From the NCBI GenBank assembly GCA_009692605.1, contig SHYV01000002.1, positions 1-46,616 of the forward strand: 46,616 bases of DNA. Reading direction: 5' to 3'. The position numbers were made by a program, and so were the translations under genes. This DNA is from Myxococcales bacterium (lineage in GTDB: Bacteria > Myxococcota_A > UBA796 > SXON01). The number at the start of each line of letters is the position of its first letter. Position 1 is the stretch's first letter. The notes beneath the pieces are model-generated. The model was not told where the DNA came from and did not search any database. It saw only the letters and a program-made list of their open reading frames with translations. This document shows, one piece after another, positions 1-7,431 of the stretch.

Positions 1-1032
1 GTCTACGTCGACATCGTAGGGGTGGAAGCCGGGCGAGGTGACGACAAGGTGATGCGAGCCGACGCGGACACCCGCGAGCACCGCGGGCGTGAACCCGGCG
101 GGGACACCGTCCAGATCGATCTTTGCGCCGCGCTCGGGCGCTTCGACTACGATGCTGCCGGTGAGCCAGGGCAGGTCGACGGGGAGATCGAGCGTCTGTT
201 CGGCCCGTAGCTCCAACGCTACCACGACGGGACGATGGCTGACCGCGGAGATGGACAGCTCGTGCTGGCCCGGCGCAAGATTGACGTTCAGGGGGAGGAT
301 CCCCAGCTGTGCGTCGATCGGGCTCGGGCTCACCCAGGCCTGCTGGGCGTCTGGGCGCGACCCGATCAGGATCACGGAGGCTCCCTCCGACGTGGGGTCC
401 ATCGCGCGGAGGTGCAGGCTGCCGAGGATCGGGGACAGGGCGAAGTGCGCCGGGGTGAGTTGCCCGGTGATCGCGCGGACGGGCTGCCTCGCAGTTGGGT
501 GGTGACCATCGCGGCGGAGGAAAACGGTGTGCGCACCAGCGGGCAGCGCGATCGTAGCGGGCGTTCGGCCGCGCGCACCCAGATCCTCCCGATCGATGAA
601 GATCAGGGCGCCGGGCGGGTCGCTCTGCACGTCCACGAGCGCGACACGGGCCCCGAGCCTATCCCGGGCAGCGACGCCTTCGGCCCGCAGGGCTGGGTCG
701 GGCTCGAGCACCGCGTACTCGTTGTACTGGCGCCACGCCGCGTCGAAGCGTCCGAGCTGCTCATAGGCCCGCGCGAGGTTGTAGACCACGTTTCGGTTGG
801 GGACGAGCCGGTTTGACGCGAGGTAGTGCTCGACGGCGCCAAGGTAGTCCTTGCGTGTGTAGGCCGCTACGCCCAGATCGAACTGCACATCGGCCTCCTC
901 CGCGACGTCCAATGAGGCGCTTCCAGGCTGGGGGGCGGCGGCGTGGGCCGCGCTGGCGTGGGCCGCGCCGGCGGATGCCAGGATGAGCGGGAGCAAGGCG
1001 CTCCACGGGCGGGTGCGGGGGTTGTGGGCCAT
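1..1032 (-). CDS. Secreted TPR + PEGA-domain protein (5' part; C-terminus lies beyond the left edge of the window)
   Basis: This ORF is absent from the track because it runs off the edge. Reading the reverse complement from ATG (1032-1030) stays open to position 1 (344 codons). It begins MAHNPRTRPWSALLPLILASAGAAHA (signal peptide). A TPR-like segment follows (AYTRKDYLGAVEHYLASN...NLARAYEQLGRFDAAWRQYNEY). PEGA-type units follow that (VDVQSDPPGALIFIDREDLGARGRTPATIALPAGAHTVFL; VEAPERGAKIDLDGVPAGFTPAVLAGVRVGSHHLVVTSPGFHPYD). GC3 is high in this frame. Confidence 0.7.
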   Translation of the reverse strand, partial: MAHNPRTRPWSALLPLILASAGAAHASAAHAAAPQPGSASLDVAEEADVQFDLGVAAYTRKDYLGAVEHYLASNRLVPNRNVVYNLARAYEQLGRFDAAWRQYNEYAVLEPDPALRAEGVAARDRLGARVALVDVQSDPPGALIFIDREDLGARGRTPATIALPAGAHTVFLRRDGHHPTARQPVRAITGQLTPAHFALSPILGSLHLRAMDPTSEGASVILIGSRPDAQQAWVSPSPIDAQLGILPLNVNLAPGQHELSISAVSHRPVVVALELRAEQTLDLPVDLPWLTGSIVVEAPERGAKIDLDGVPAGFTPAVLAGVRVGSHHLVVTSPGFHPYDVDVD

Positions 1033-1078
1033 TCGCGTCATGTAGCGCGCGATCGCCTCAACGCCGCAGCCACCGGGC

Positions 1079-2698
1079 TCACCGCACGGTCACCAGCCCC
1101 GTCATGCCGTCCGTGGACGGCATGCTCGGCCACGAGCCCGGAGTGCCGCCGGTCCCCGCGCTGCCGTCCCATCGGGCGCTGCTCGACCCGCCAGGAGTCT
1201 GGCCCAATCCGGCCTCCATCGTCCCGGTGTCGGCCATGCTGGAGCCGCCCCCGCCCCCGCCGCCGAAGTAGGTGTAGACCGAGCCCCCGCCCCCTCCGCC
1301 GTACCAGCCGGAGCCGCCGCCTCCGCCTGCGCCGTTGCTGCCACCTGTCCCCGAGTTGTCGAGGTTCGCGGCTGTGCTGGTGGTGCACGACGACGACCCT
1401 GTCGCCCCGCCCCCGCCCTCTTTCGCCCGGCCCGCGCCCCCGCTGCACGCGGGTCCCGATGCCGCCGCCAGCGACGCGGTGCCTCCCGCTCCGCCCGCCC
1501 CTGCCGTCCCGCCCGCACCGCCGGTGGCCGAGCCCCAGTACGCGTCGAACTGGGTGCCGCCTGTGGCTCCGGAGGCGCCCCCCCCGGCCCCGCCCGCACC
1601 GCTGCCGGACAGGAGTGAACCCCCGTCAGTGGCTCCGCCGCCCCCGCCGCCCGCGGCGATGACGAGCGTGCCGGCGGCGTCCCACACAAAACTGCCGCCC
1701 GCTCCACCGCCGGGCTGGATGCCCCCTTGGCCCGGCCGCACGGTCAGCACGTCGCCCGGGGTCACCGGGAGCGTGGTCGTGGCGTACGCGCCCCCGCCCC
1801 CGGTGCCGGGGTACCCGCCCGTATAGTAGCCAGCGCCTCCGCCCCCGCCCCACGCTTCGAGCGTGATGGAGTGGACCCCGGAAGGCACAGTGTACGTCTG
1901 GGCGGAGCCGGTCCACGTGAACTCCGTGGGACTGGCGGCCTCCGTCCCGGTGCCCGACAGCGTGGCGGTCAGGGTAGGCACGTCCACAATCGACACGTCG
2001 AGCGCGCCGGCGACCACCCCAGCGGCGGTCGGGGTGAACGACACGTCCAACTGTAGCGTGGCGCCCACGTCGAGCGTGGGGGGCGCGGAGGAGGTCAGCA
2101 GGAAGCCTGCTCCGGACACGACCGCCCCGAGCGCAAGGACCGTCTCGCCGGTGTTGGTGAGCGTGAAGCTCGCGGCATCGCTCTCGCCGACGAGCGCGGC
2201 GAAGGTCGCGTCAACCGGGTCCAGCGTCGCCGCCGGGAGGCCGATGGCGGTGTCTGCGCTGTCCCCAGTGTCAGCTCCCGTGTCCGCCCAGGCACCGATG
2301 AGCGCGACGCCGACAAGCGGCGTGTCCGCGTCATTGCTGACGATGTCCAGCCAGTCGCTGGACGCGCTGCCCGACGCCCAAGTCACGATGAGGTCCGCCT
2401 CTGCGCCAGGGGCGATGCTGCCCGGGAGCCCATCGGCGAGGGTGACCGTAAACGGACCGTCGCCGCCGTCTCCGCTGCGCAGCTCGACCGAGGAGACCAA
2501 CAGGGGCTTGCCGCCGGTGTTGGACACCGTCACCGCCTGACTGCCAGCGTTCGCGAACGTCAAGGTCATCGGCGACACCGCGATCGCCGGGTCGTTCGCT
2601 TCCTTGTCGGTGTTCAGGCGGGTGTCGTTGCAGCTGATGAGCAAGGCCAACGACGGGAGGAAGAGGGCGGCAAAACAGGGGGCGAGACGGGCGGGCAT
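1079..2698 (-). CDS. Lipoprotein with two choice-of-anchor-D/ASH-like Ig-fold domains and a C-terminal glycine-rich domain (539 aa)
   Basis: This is the C-terminal 540 codons of ORF 1079..3439. The internal ATG at 2698 gives MPARLAPCFAALFLPSLALLISC (lipobox LISC). Two units of the type ...LTFANAGSQAVTVSNTGGKPLLVSSVEL... / ...FTLTNTGETVLALGAVVSG... follow. Next comes FTWTGSAQTYTVPSGVHSITLEAWGGGGGAG...VTPGDVLTVRPGQGG...LVIAAGGGGGG, typical of Gly_rich-type domains. The upstream 247 codons of the ORF are R-rich and cross the tandem repeat, so I judge them non-coding. Confidence 0.7.
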   Translation of the reverse strand: MPARLAPCFAALFLPSLALLISCNDTRLNTDKEANDPAIAVSPMTLTFANAGSQAVTVSNTGGKPLLVSSVELRSGDGGDGPFTVTLADGLPGSIAPGAEADLIVTWASGSASSDWLDIVSNDADTPLVGVALIGAWADTGADTGDSADTAIGLPAATLDPVDATFAALVGESDAASFTLTNTGETVLALGAVVSGAGFLLTSSAPPTLDVGATLQLDVSFTPTAAGVVAGALDVSIVDVPTLTATLSGTGTEAASPTEFTWTGSAQTYTVPSGVHSITLEAWGGGGGAGYYTGGYPGTGGGGAYATTTLPVTPGDVLTVRPGQGGIQPGGGAGGSFVWDAAGTLVIAAGGGGGGATDGGSLLSGSGAGGAGGGASGATGGTQFDAYWGSATGGAGGTAGAGGAGGTASLAAASGPACSGGAGRAKEGGGGATGSSSCTTSTAANLDNSGTGGSNGAGGGGGSGWYGGGGGGSVYTYFGGGGGGGSSMADTGTMEAGLGQTPGGSSSARWDGSAGTGGTPGSWPSMPSTDGMTGLVTVR

Positions 2699-2796
2699 GG
2701 GATTTTCCGGGTCGAGTGGGCTGAGCGGTAACCAGCCCGGCGGAGGAGAGTCGCTGGGTCGAACCGAGAGCGGGGAGCTAATCCGCTCGATCGAGC

Positions 2797-3045
2797 CTAC
2801 TCGCCGGCGACCGTACGCCAATAGGTTCGCAGCGCGTCTTCGCGCCCTTGAACGGTCTCCCGTGAGAGCACCGCAGTGCGCTTCATGTCCGAGTAGTGCG
2901 TGATCTCGTAGGTCCCGGGCTGCTTCCGGTCGCGCTTGCAGACCCAGATCGACCCATCCGGCATGTCCGCCACGATGAGCCCGAGCCCGCCGTCGACCGC
3001 GTTCGTGACATCCTGAAAGGTGTGGGGAAAAAAGGGACGCGGCAT
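2797..3045 (-). CDS. Hypothetical small protein (82 aa)
   Basis: The ORF is ATG-started with high GC3 and a non-repetitive, balanced composition (MPRPFFPHTFQDVTNAVDGGLGLIVADMPDGSIWVCKRDRKQPGTYEITHYSDMKR...). I recognised no family. Confidence 0.45.
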   Translation of the reverse strand: MPRPFFPHTFQDVTNAVDGGLGLIVADMPDGSIWVCKRDRKQPGTYEITHYSDMKRTAVLSRETVQGREDALRTYWRTVAGE

Positions 3046-3076
3046 GCGGGCGGCGTAACCGGCGAACCCCCGGCCC

Positions 3077-3151
3077 GATCACGTCGCGCCAGATCACGTC
3101 GCGCCCGATCACGTCGCGCCCGATCACGTCGCGCCAGATCACGTCGCGCCC
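3077..3151. repeat. Intergenic tandem array of 5 x 15 bp, GATCACGTCGCGCC(A/C)
   Basis: Counted directly. The units lie at 3077-3091, 3092-3106, 3107-3121, 3122-3136 and 3137-3151 and are identical except for the last base (A,C,C,A,C). Each unit carries one GATC and one ACGT. The array lies 32-106 bp upstream of the ATG of the 82-aa gene on the minus strand. Confidence 0.95.
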
Positions 3152-3215
3152 GTTGTTTGGACGACCTCGGCTGCGCTCGTCGTTGGGTACATGGTGCGAT
3201 GTCCCTGCTTCCTGT

Positions 3216-3245
3216 CTCGACGCCCGGCTCGACGCCCGGCTCGAC
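3216..3245. repeat. Intergenic tandem repeat of 2.5 x 12 bp, CTCGACGCCCGG
   Basis: Counted directly. There are two perfect copies (3216-3227, 3228-3239) plus a partial copy CTCGAC (3240-3245). Confidence 0.85.
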
Positions 3246-3605
3246 CCCCTGCTCCACGGGCGGCTCGCCACGCGCTGGGCGCTGCTCGCGCGTGGAGCGA
3301 TCTGGCGAGCGTCGACGGTGGCCTCCGAGCAATGGGTATCGAGGGGGAGGGCACCCTCTTGCTGCTCACCGGGGACACGGCGGAGCGTGTGTGTATGGAA
3401 TAGGGCCGGCGGCCTGGGCGGTTCACGCTGCAGGTCCACCAGCTTGAACCGAGACCGCTATGATGCCCTAGATCATGCTCACTTCGGTGCATAGAAGGGG
3501 TCGAATCGTGAACTGAAGTCGGGAGGATATGGAGGTTCCTGTCCACTTCGCTTCAGAGTAGTAAACTCAAGTCGGCAGGATGTTCGGGATCCTCTGCACC
3601 CCGGC

Positions 3606-5087
3606 TCATCTCGAGGTCCGAATGTCGCGCTCCGCCCCAGGCTTGGGTGGTTTGGGGAGCGTGGGCTTCGCCTTGAGCCGCGCGGTCTGGGTGGGAGTGC
3701 TCCCGTCCACGATCGTGGTCAGGTCGTCGTAGCCGTTCAGGTGGAGCACGACCTGAGGGGGCTCCCCCAGCGTCACTTGCAAATGCAGCGGCGTCCGCCC
3801 GATCAGGGCGCCAGCCTCGCGCACTTCGGCGCCCGACGGGCTGCTGGTCAGCTCGACATCGACCGTGACCGGGGCTCCGATCTGGGGCTCCCCGAGCGGC
3901 GGGTCCGCGTGCACCACGGGGTTCAGGCCGCTAGGCTCCGGGCCGCCAGGGTCTGGGCGTTCGAGGCCGAACCACAACCCGCCTGCGCACAGCACCGCCA
4001 GCGCCCCGACGCCCAGCACCCCGAGCACGCCCGCAGCGAGCCAGCGGCTGGTCTGGCTTGACCCCGTTCTCGTCCCCCCGCTCGGTTCGGGGCTCGACCC
4101 CCTCGACAACGGGCTGCCCACCCACTGCAAGGTCGGGCCCTGTTCGTCGGGCGCTCGCAGCCAATCCAGTACCGCCTCGGCGTTGGCCGGTCGATCCTCG
4201 GGCCGCTTCTCCAGCAGCGCGTGGATCAGCGTTGCGAGGGAAGGGCTCAAACCGGGAACCTTCTCGGTCAGCGGCGGCGGGGCGTCCCGCACGTGCTGCA
4301 TGAGCATCCGGATGGTGTCGGTGGCCTGAAACGGAGGCACTCCCGCGAGCAGCTCGTACAAGACCACGCCCAATGAGTACAGGTCCGAACGTCCATCGAC
4401 GTCGGCCTCCTGAATCTGCTCCGGAGACGCGTACCTGGGCGAGCCGACGAAGTTGCCCGCGATGGTGAGCGCCTCGGTTTCGCCCATCAGCTTCGCCACG
4501 CCGAAGTCCAGCACCTTCACCGCCTCTGCCCCGTCGTCGCCCAGCTCGGCGGTGAGCATGACGTTGCCGGGCTTCAGGTCGCGGTGGACAACGCCCATCG
4601 CGTGTGCTTCGCGGAGGCTCTTCGCGATCTGCCGGCCAATCCGAGCGACCCGGTCGGAGGGGAAGGGGCCATCCTCCTTGAGGGCGCGCCAGAGCGTGCG
4701 GCCCTCCACGAATTCCATGGCGATGTATAGGCCATCTCCGGGTTCCCGACCGAGCACGGCGGGCAGCGGTAAGGTGCCGTAGTCGTATACGGTGACCGTG
4801 TTCGGGTGCCGGAGCCGGGCGCAGGTCTCGGCCTCGCGCAGGAACCGACGGCGGAGCTCAGTGGCTTCTTCGGTGTGCAGCATCGCGGGGACCAGCACCT
4901 TGAGCGCGACGATGCGACCGAGCGGCACCTGCTCTGCTCGGTAGATGCTGCCCATTCCTCCGCGGGCGATCAGGCGTTCGACGCGGTATCTCCCTGAGAC
5001 CAGCTGCCCCACCAACGGGTCAACTTCTGCCCTGACGGGCGCGCTTTCACCGCGCGGTGGCGGTGCCGGGGGGTCGGGATCAGCCAT
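3606..5087 (-). CDS. Ser/Thr protein kinase with one TM helix and an extracytoplasmic C-terminal PEGA domain (493 aa)
   Basis: The internal ATG at 5087 gives MADPDPP...GRYRVERLIARGGMGSIYRAE..IVALKVL (G-loop and VAIK Lys). HRDLKPGNVM, DFGVAK and SPRYASPEQ follow. A TM helix is present (WLAAGVLGVLGVGALAVLCAGGLWFGL). A PEGA unit follows it (VELTSSPSGAEVREAGALIGRTPLHLQVTLGEPPQVVLHLNGYDD). The upstream part of ORF 3606..5588 overlaps the next gene and is R-rich. Confidence 0.88.
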   Translation of the reverse strand: MADPDPPAPPPRGESAPVRAEVDPLVGQLVSGRYRVERLIARGGMGSIYRAEQVPLGRIVALKVLVPAMLHTEEATELRRRFLREAETCARLRHPNTVTVYDYGTLPLPAVLGREPGDGLYIAMEFVEGRTLWRALKEDGPFPSDRVARIGRQIAKSLREAHAMGVVHRDLKPGNVMLTAELGDDGAEAVKVLDFGVAKLMGETEALTIAGNFVGSPRYASPEQIQEADVDGRSDLYSLGVVLYELLAGVPPFQATDTIRMLMQHVRDAPPPLTEKVPGLSPSLATLIHALLEKRPEDRPANAEAVLDWLRAPDEQGPTLQWVGSPLSRGSSPEPSGGTRTGSSQTSRWLAAGVLGVLGVGALAVLCAGGLWFGLERPDPGGPEPSGLNPVVHADPPLGEPQIGAPVTVDVELTSSPSGAEVREAGALIGRTPLHLQVTLGEPPQVVLHLNGYDDLTTIVDGSTPTQTARLKAKPTLPKPPKPGAERDIRTSR

Positions 5088-5092
5088 CCCGG

Positions 5093-5737
5093 TCAGTTTA
5101 CCCCGGTTCCTCCCAATTGCCCGCCAGCGGTGCCCTCTACCAGCAGCGCCCGCTGCTCGAACGCTCTGGAGAGCTCGGGCAGCGTCCGCGACATCGCCCA
5201 GGCCTGAACCTGAGGGAGCATCGTTTTCGCCTCGGTCCAGAATGCGTAGGAGACGGACACGCCGCCACGCATCGGCAAAAGATCCCAGCCGCCCTGGCCG
5301 TGCAAGACGAATTCGGCTTCGGCTCCTGAGCTGTCCGCGAAGAAGGGCAGCGCCGGCCACCGCTTGGGGTCCTCCACCCACCAGCAGTTGGCGATCTTCG
5401 ATGAGGTCGTGCTCTCCCAGGCGATCGCCACCACGGCCTGCCGGGCGACCCGGATGAGTCCGCCGAGCAGGACGAGGTCGGTCGCCTGGTAGATGTGGCC
5501 GGGGTCGAGGCGATCGACGCGCTTGGTGCCGAGCGAGGCGGGGAGCCAGTCGTCCGTCTGCTCGGGGTGGGCCAGGATGCCGGCCCACGTCGTCATGTTC
5601 GCGCTGGAGAGCCAGACCACCTTTGCGCCGGCCAATTCCACGCCGTACGACGAGGTGCGCCCGCTCACCACGATCGGCCGGCCAGGCTCGGGTTCGGGGG
5701 TCGGAAGCGCGGCGTGGACCGCTATGTCACAGGGCAT
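5093..5737 (-). CDS. Hypothetical cytoplasmic protein (214 aa)
   Basis: The ORF is ATG-started with high GC3 and no export signal. It is wedged between the ASST gene (7-nt gap) and the kinase gene (5-nt gap), so it is probably co-transcribed. I recognised no family. Confidence 0.55.
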   Translation of the reverse strand: MPCDIAVHAALPTPEPEPGRPIVVSGRTSSYGVELAGAKVVWLSSANMTTWAGILAHPEQTDDWLPASLGTKRVDRLDPGHIYQATDLVLLGGLIRVARQAVVAIAWESTTSSKIANCWWVEDPKRWPALPFFADSSGAEAEFVLHGQGGWDLLPMRGGVSVSYAFWTEAKTMLPQVQAWAMSRTLPELSRAFEQRALLVEGTAGGQLGGTGVN

Positions 5738-5744
5738 GGGGTCA

Positions 5745-7100
5745 TCATAGCTCCCACGGCAGCATTGCCAACGGGATCACCTGTCCGAACCCGCTGCCGG
5801 GATCCGAGTCGAGCTCCCAGCGGATCAGCCCGTCTTCGCGGGCGATCTCGGTGATCGACGCGGAGCATCCGTAATTGATCAGCACGTGGCTGCTCGGCAT
5901 CGGGAGGGCTTGACCGAGGCAAAACGCCACGTCGTGGCCCTGATGACGCCAGAGCTCGGTGAGCGTCCCGTCGTCGTCGTCGATGGCGTACTCGAAGGCG
6001 CCGGAGTTTGAGCCGTCGGTCGGCGTGCTGAAGATCATCAAGGTTGACGGGTCGTCGTGCTCGTAGACCGGCGAGTGCTGGTTGCTGAACGGGGTGGAGC
6101 CCTCCGCGTAGCCGTACCCGGGCGGGCCGAGCTGCCGGCTGGGGGTCATCGTGCTGCGATCGATGTCGAACAGCATCTTGAGGTGGGAGAACGAGGTGAG
6201 GTACTGATTGGTGGTGTCGCTGTAGGACAGCATGTTGCCGTGTGACCAGTCCAGCCCGCCATACAGGCTGATGCTGTCCATGTCATCGTTCCAGACCGGA
6301 TCAACCCAGTCCCAGATTGACCAGACCCTCGTGCCCTCGCCTCCGGGGGGGACCTCGACGATGGCGTCGCCAATCCAGCTCTCGGTCACCCCGTCCTCGT
6401 TGACGACGTCGCGCGGGTCGATCTGCTGGTAGGCCAGCGTGCCGTCGGGCAGCTCGGCGAACGTGTGGTGCGCGAGCGTCGTCGTCGTGCGGCTTAGGTC
6501 GGTGCCGTCCCAGTCCACCCTGCGGATGTCGGATTCGTCGGAGGAGAAGTCACGGCTGAGCTGGTTGAACAGGACGCCGCGGCCGTCGCGGGGCAGGTGC
6601 ACATCTACCCCGATGTACCCATCGTCCGTCGCCATGACCCACAGGTAGCGGCCGGTGCGGTCAACCACGAACACGTGTGAAACGGTGCCGGCCATCTCAT
6701 AAAAGACGCCGAGGAAGTAGTTCACCTCGGGGTCCCAGCCGCCGTTGTCGTTGGTGACGTTGAGCGTGGGGACGCGGCTGTTGAGCCGCCCCGTCACGGT
6801 CTCGCCAGCGCAGGTGCGGGTGCTGCCGAGCTCGTCGACCGAATGGCCGGTCCACGAGATGACCTCCTCGGGCCCTGCGCCGTACAGCGTGACCGCGACC
6901 TCGGTCGGGCTCTCCGCGTCCGCGCTGGTGTGCTCGACGCCGTCCGCGGTGGTGAACTCGACCCAGGATCGCGTGGTGGCGGAGGGCGCTGTCCACGCCA
7001 GGTTCAGCAGCATGGGGATGGGGGAGGCGGTGGCGGTGCACTCCAGCCCGGCCGGGTCGGGATGGTTGCAGCCGATCAGCGCGAGGAGCGGGATGAGCAC
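5745..7100 (-). CDS. Arylsulfotransferase (ASST)-family beta-propeller lipoprotein
   Basis: A GTG start gives (M)LIPLLALIGC (lipobox). The body shows ASST-like features: HHTFAELPDGTLAY, LDWSHGNMLSY (D-W-x-H-x-N motif) and FSNQHSPV. The signal peptide is unusually short and lacks charge (see the rejected note on a possible upstream frame). Confidence 0.65.
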   Translation of the reverse strand: MLIPLLALIGCNHPDPAGLECTATASPIPMLLNLAWTAPSATTRSWVEFTTADGVEHTSADAESPTEVAVTLYGAGPEEVISWTGHSVDELGSTRTCAGETVTGRLNSRVPTLNVTNDNGGWDPEVNYFLGVFYEMAGTVSHVFVVDRTGRYLWVMATDDGYIGVDVHLPRDGRGVLFNQLSRDFSSDESDIRRVDWDGTDLSRTTTTLAHHTFAELPDGTLAYQQIDPRDVVNEDGVTESWIGDAIVEVPPGGEGTRVWSIWDWVDPVWNDDMDSISLYGGLDWSHGNMLSYSDTTNQYLTSFSHLKMLFDIDRSTMTPSRQLGPPGYGYAEGSTPFSNQHSPVYEHDDPSTLMIFSTPTDGSNSGAFEYAIDDDDGTLTELWRHQGHDVAFCLGQALPMPSSHVLINYGCSASITEIAREDGLIRWELDSDPGSGFGQVIPLAMLPWEL

Positions 7101-7225
7101 TCAGACCGAGTAACCACTCCGGGTGACGCCCGGTGGCGTCCCCGCGCATCTGGGCAGGTTCCTGCCCTGCCCCGCCAAAAATGCACTTTCCAACCACTGC
7201 TTGCACGCATTGATCGCACGTGACA

Positions 7226-7237
7226 TGATCCGGATCA
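7226..7237. promoter_or_regulatory. Perfect 12-bp palindrome TGATCCGGATCA (operator-like) just upstream of the SD of the small ORF
   Basis: Seen directly. The palindrome lies 4 nt upstream of GGAG (7241-7244). It sits in a GATC-dense stretch (GATC at 7212, 7227, 7233) that also contains CACGTG (7217-7222). A weak sigma70-like pair TTGCAC (7201)/17 bp/CATGAT (7224) overlaps it. The regulatory role is inference only. Confidence 0.3.
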
Positions 7238-7250
7238 ATCGGAGCTTGCG

Positions 7251-7430
7251 ATGATGACGCCGCGCCACGACGTTCTCCTCCTGAGCCTCTCCATCCTGGC
7301 GGCGAGCAGGCCTGCGGAGGCCTCCCGAGTTCGCTGGAACGCATCCTTCTGGGCCGCGCAGGGATCTCCCGGCGCGGTAGCCTGCTTCGAGGACGGCGGC
7401 GGCATCGGGTTCGCCCACCACGTGAACTGA
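7251..7430 (+). CDS. Small secreted peptide (59 aa), below the ORF-track cutoff
   Basis: The product is MMTPRHDVLLLSLSILAASRPAEA/SRVRWNASFWAAQGSPGAVACFEDGGGIGFAHHVN. A GGAG lies 6 nt upstream of the ATG. GC3 is high throughout and the N-terminus is signal-peptide-like. The stop TGA (7428-7430) is 1 nt before the ATG of the next gene (7432). Confidence 0.45.
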   Translation: MMTPRHDVLLLSLSILAASRPAEASRVRWNASFWAAQGSPGAVACFEDGGGIGFAHHVN

Positions 7431-7431
7431 G

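Noticed and set aside
3077-3151. I considered whether the tandem arrays (this one, and those at 17323, 31362 and 39302) are CRISPR-like.
   Set aside because: The units are contiguous with no spacers, are only 12-18 bp long, and most lie inside coding regions. No cas genes are present.
2699-3439. This is an upstream extension of ORF 1079..3439, including the periodic peptide RDVIWRDVIGRDVIG. The plus-strand ORFs here read RRARS x5.
   Set aside because: The periodic peptides are simply the 15-bp tandem repeat read in frame. The composition is R-rich, and a lipoprotein signal starts at the internal ATG 2698.
3491-3512. GAAGGGGTCGAATCGTG resembles a tRNA T-arm/T-loop (GGTTCGAATCC). I considered a tRNA or an att-site remnant.
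   Set aside because: No complementary T-stem 3' half, acceptor stem or anticodon arm can be built around it. I recognised no tRNA anywhere in the window.
7100-7149. I considered a fourth frameshift. ATG 7149 (minus) opens MRGDATGRHPEWLLGLS in a different frame. Fused to (V)LIPLLALIGC it would make a more canonical lipoprotein signal for the ASST-like protein.
   Set aside because: A GTG start at 7100 gives an intact, if short, signal without invoking an error. The evidence is too weak to claim, so I note it only as a possibility.
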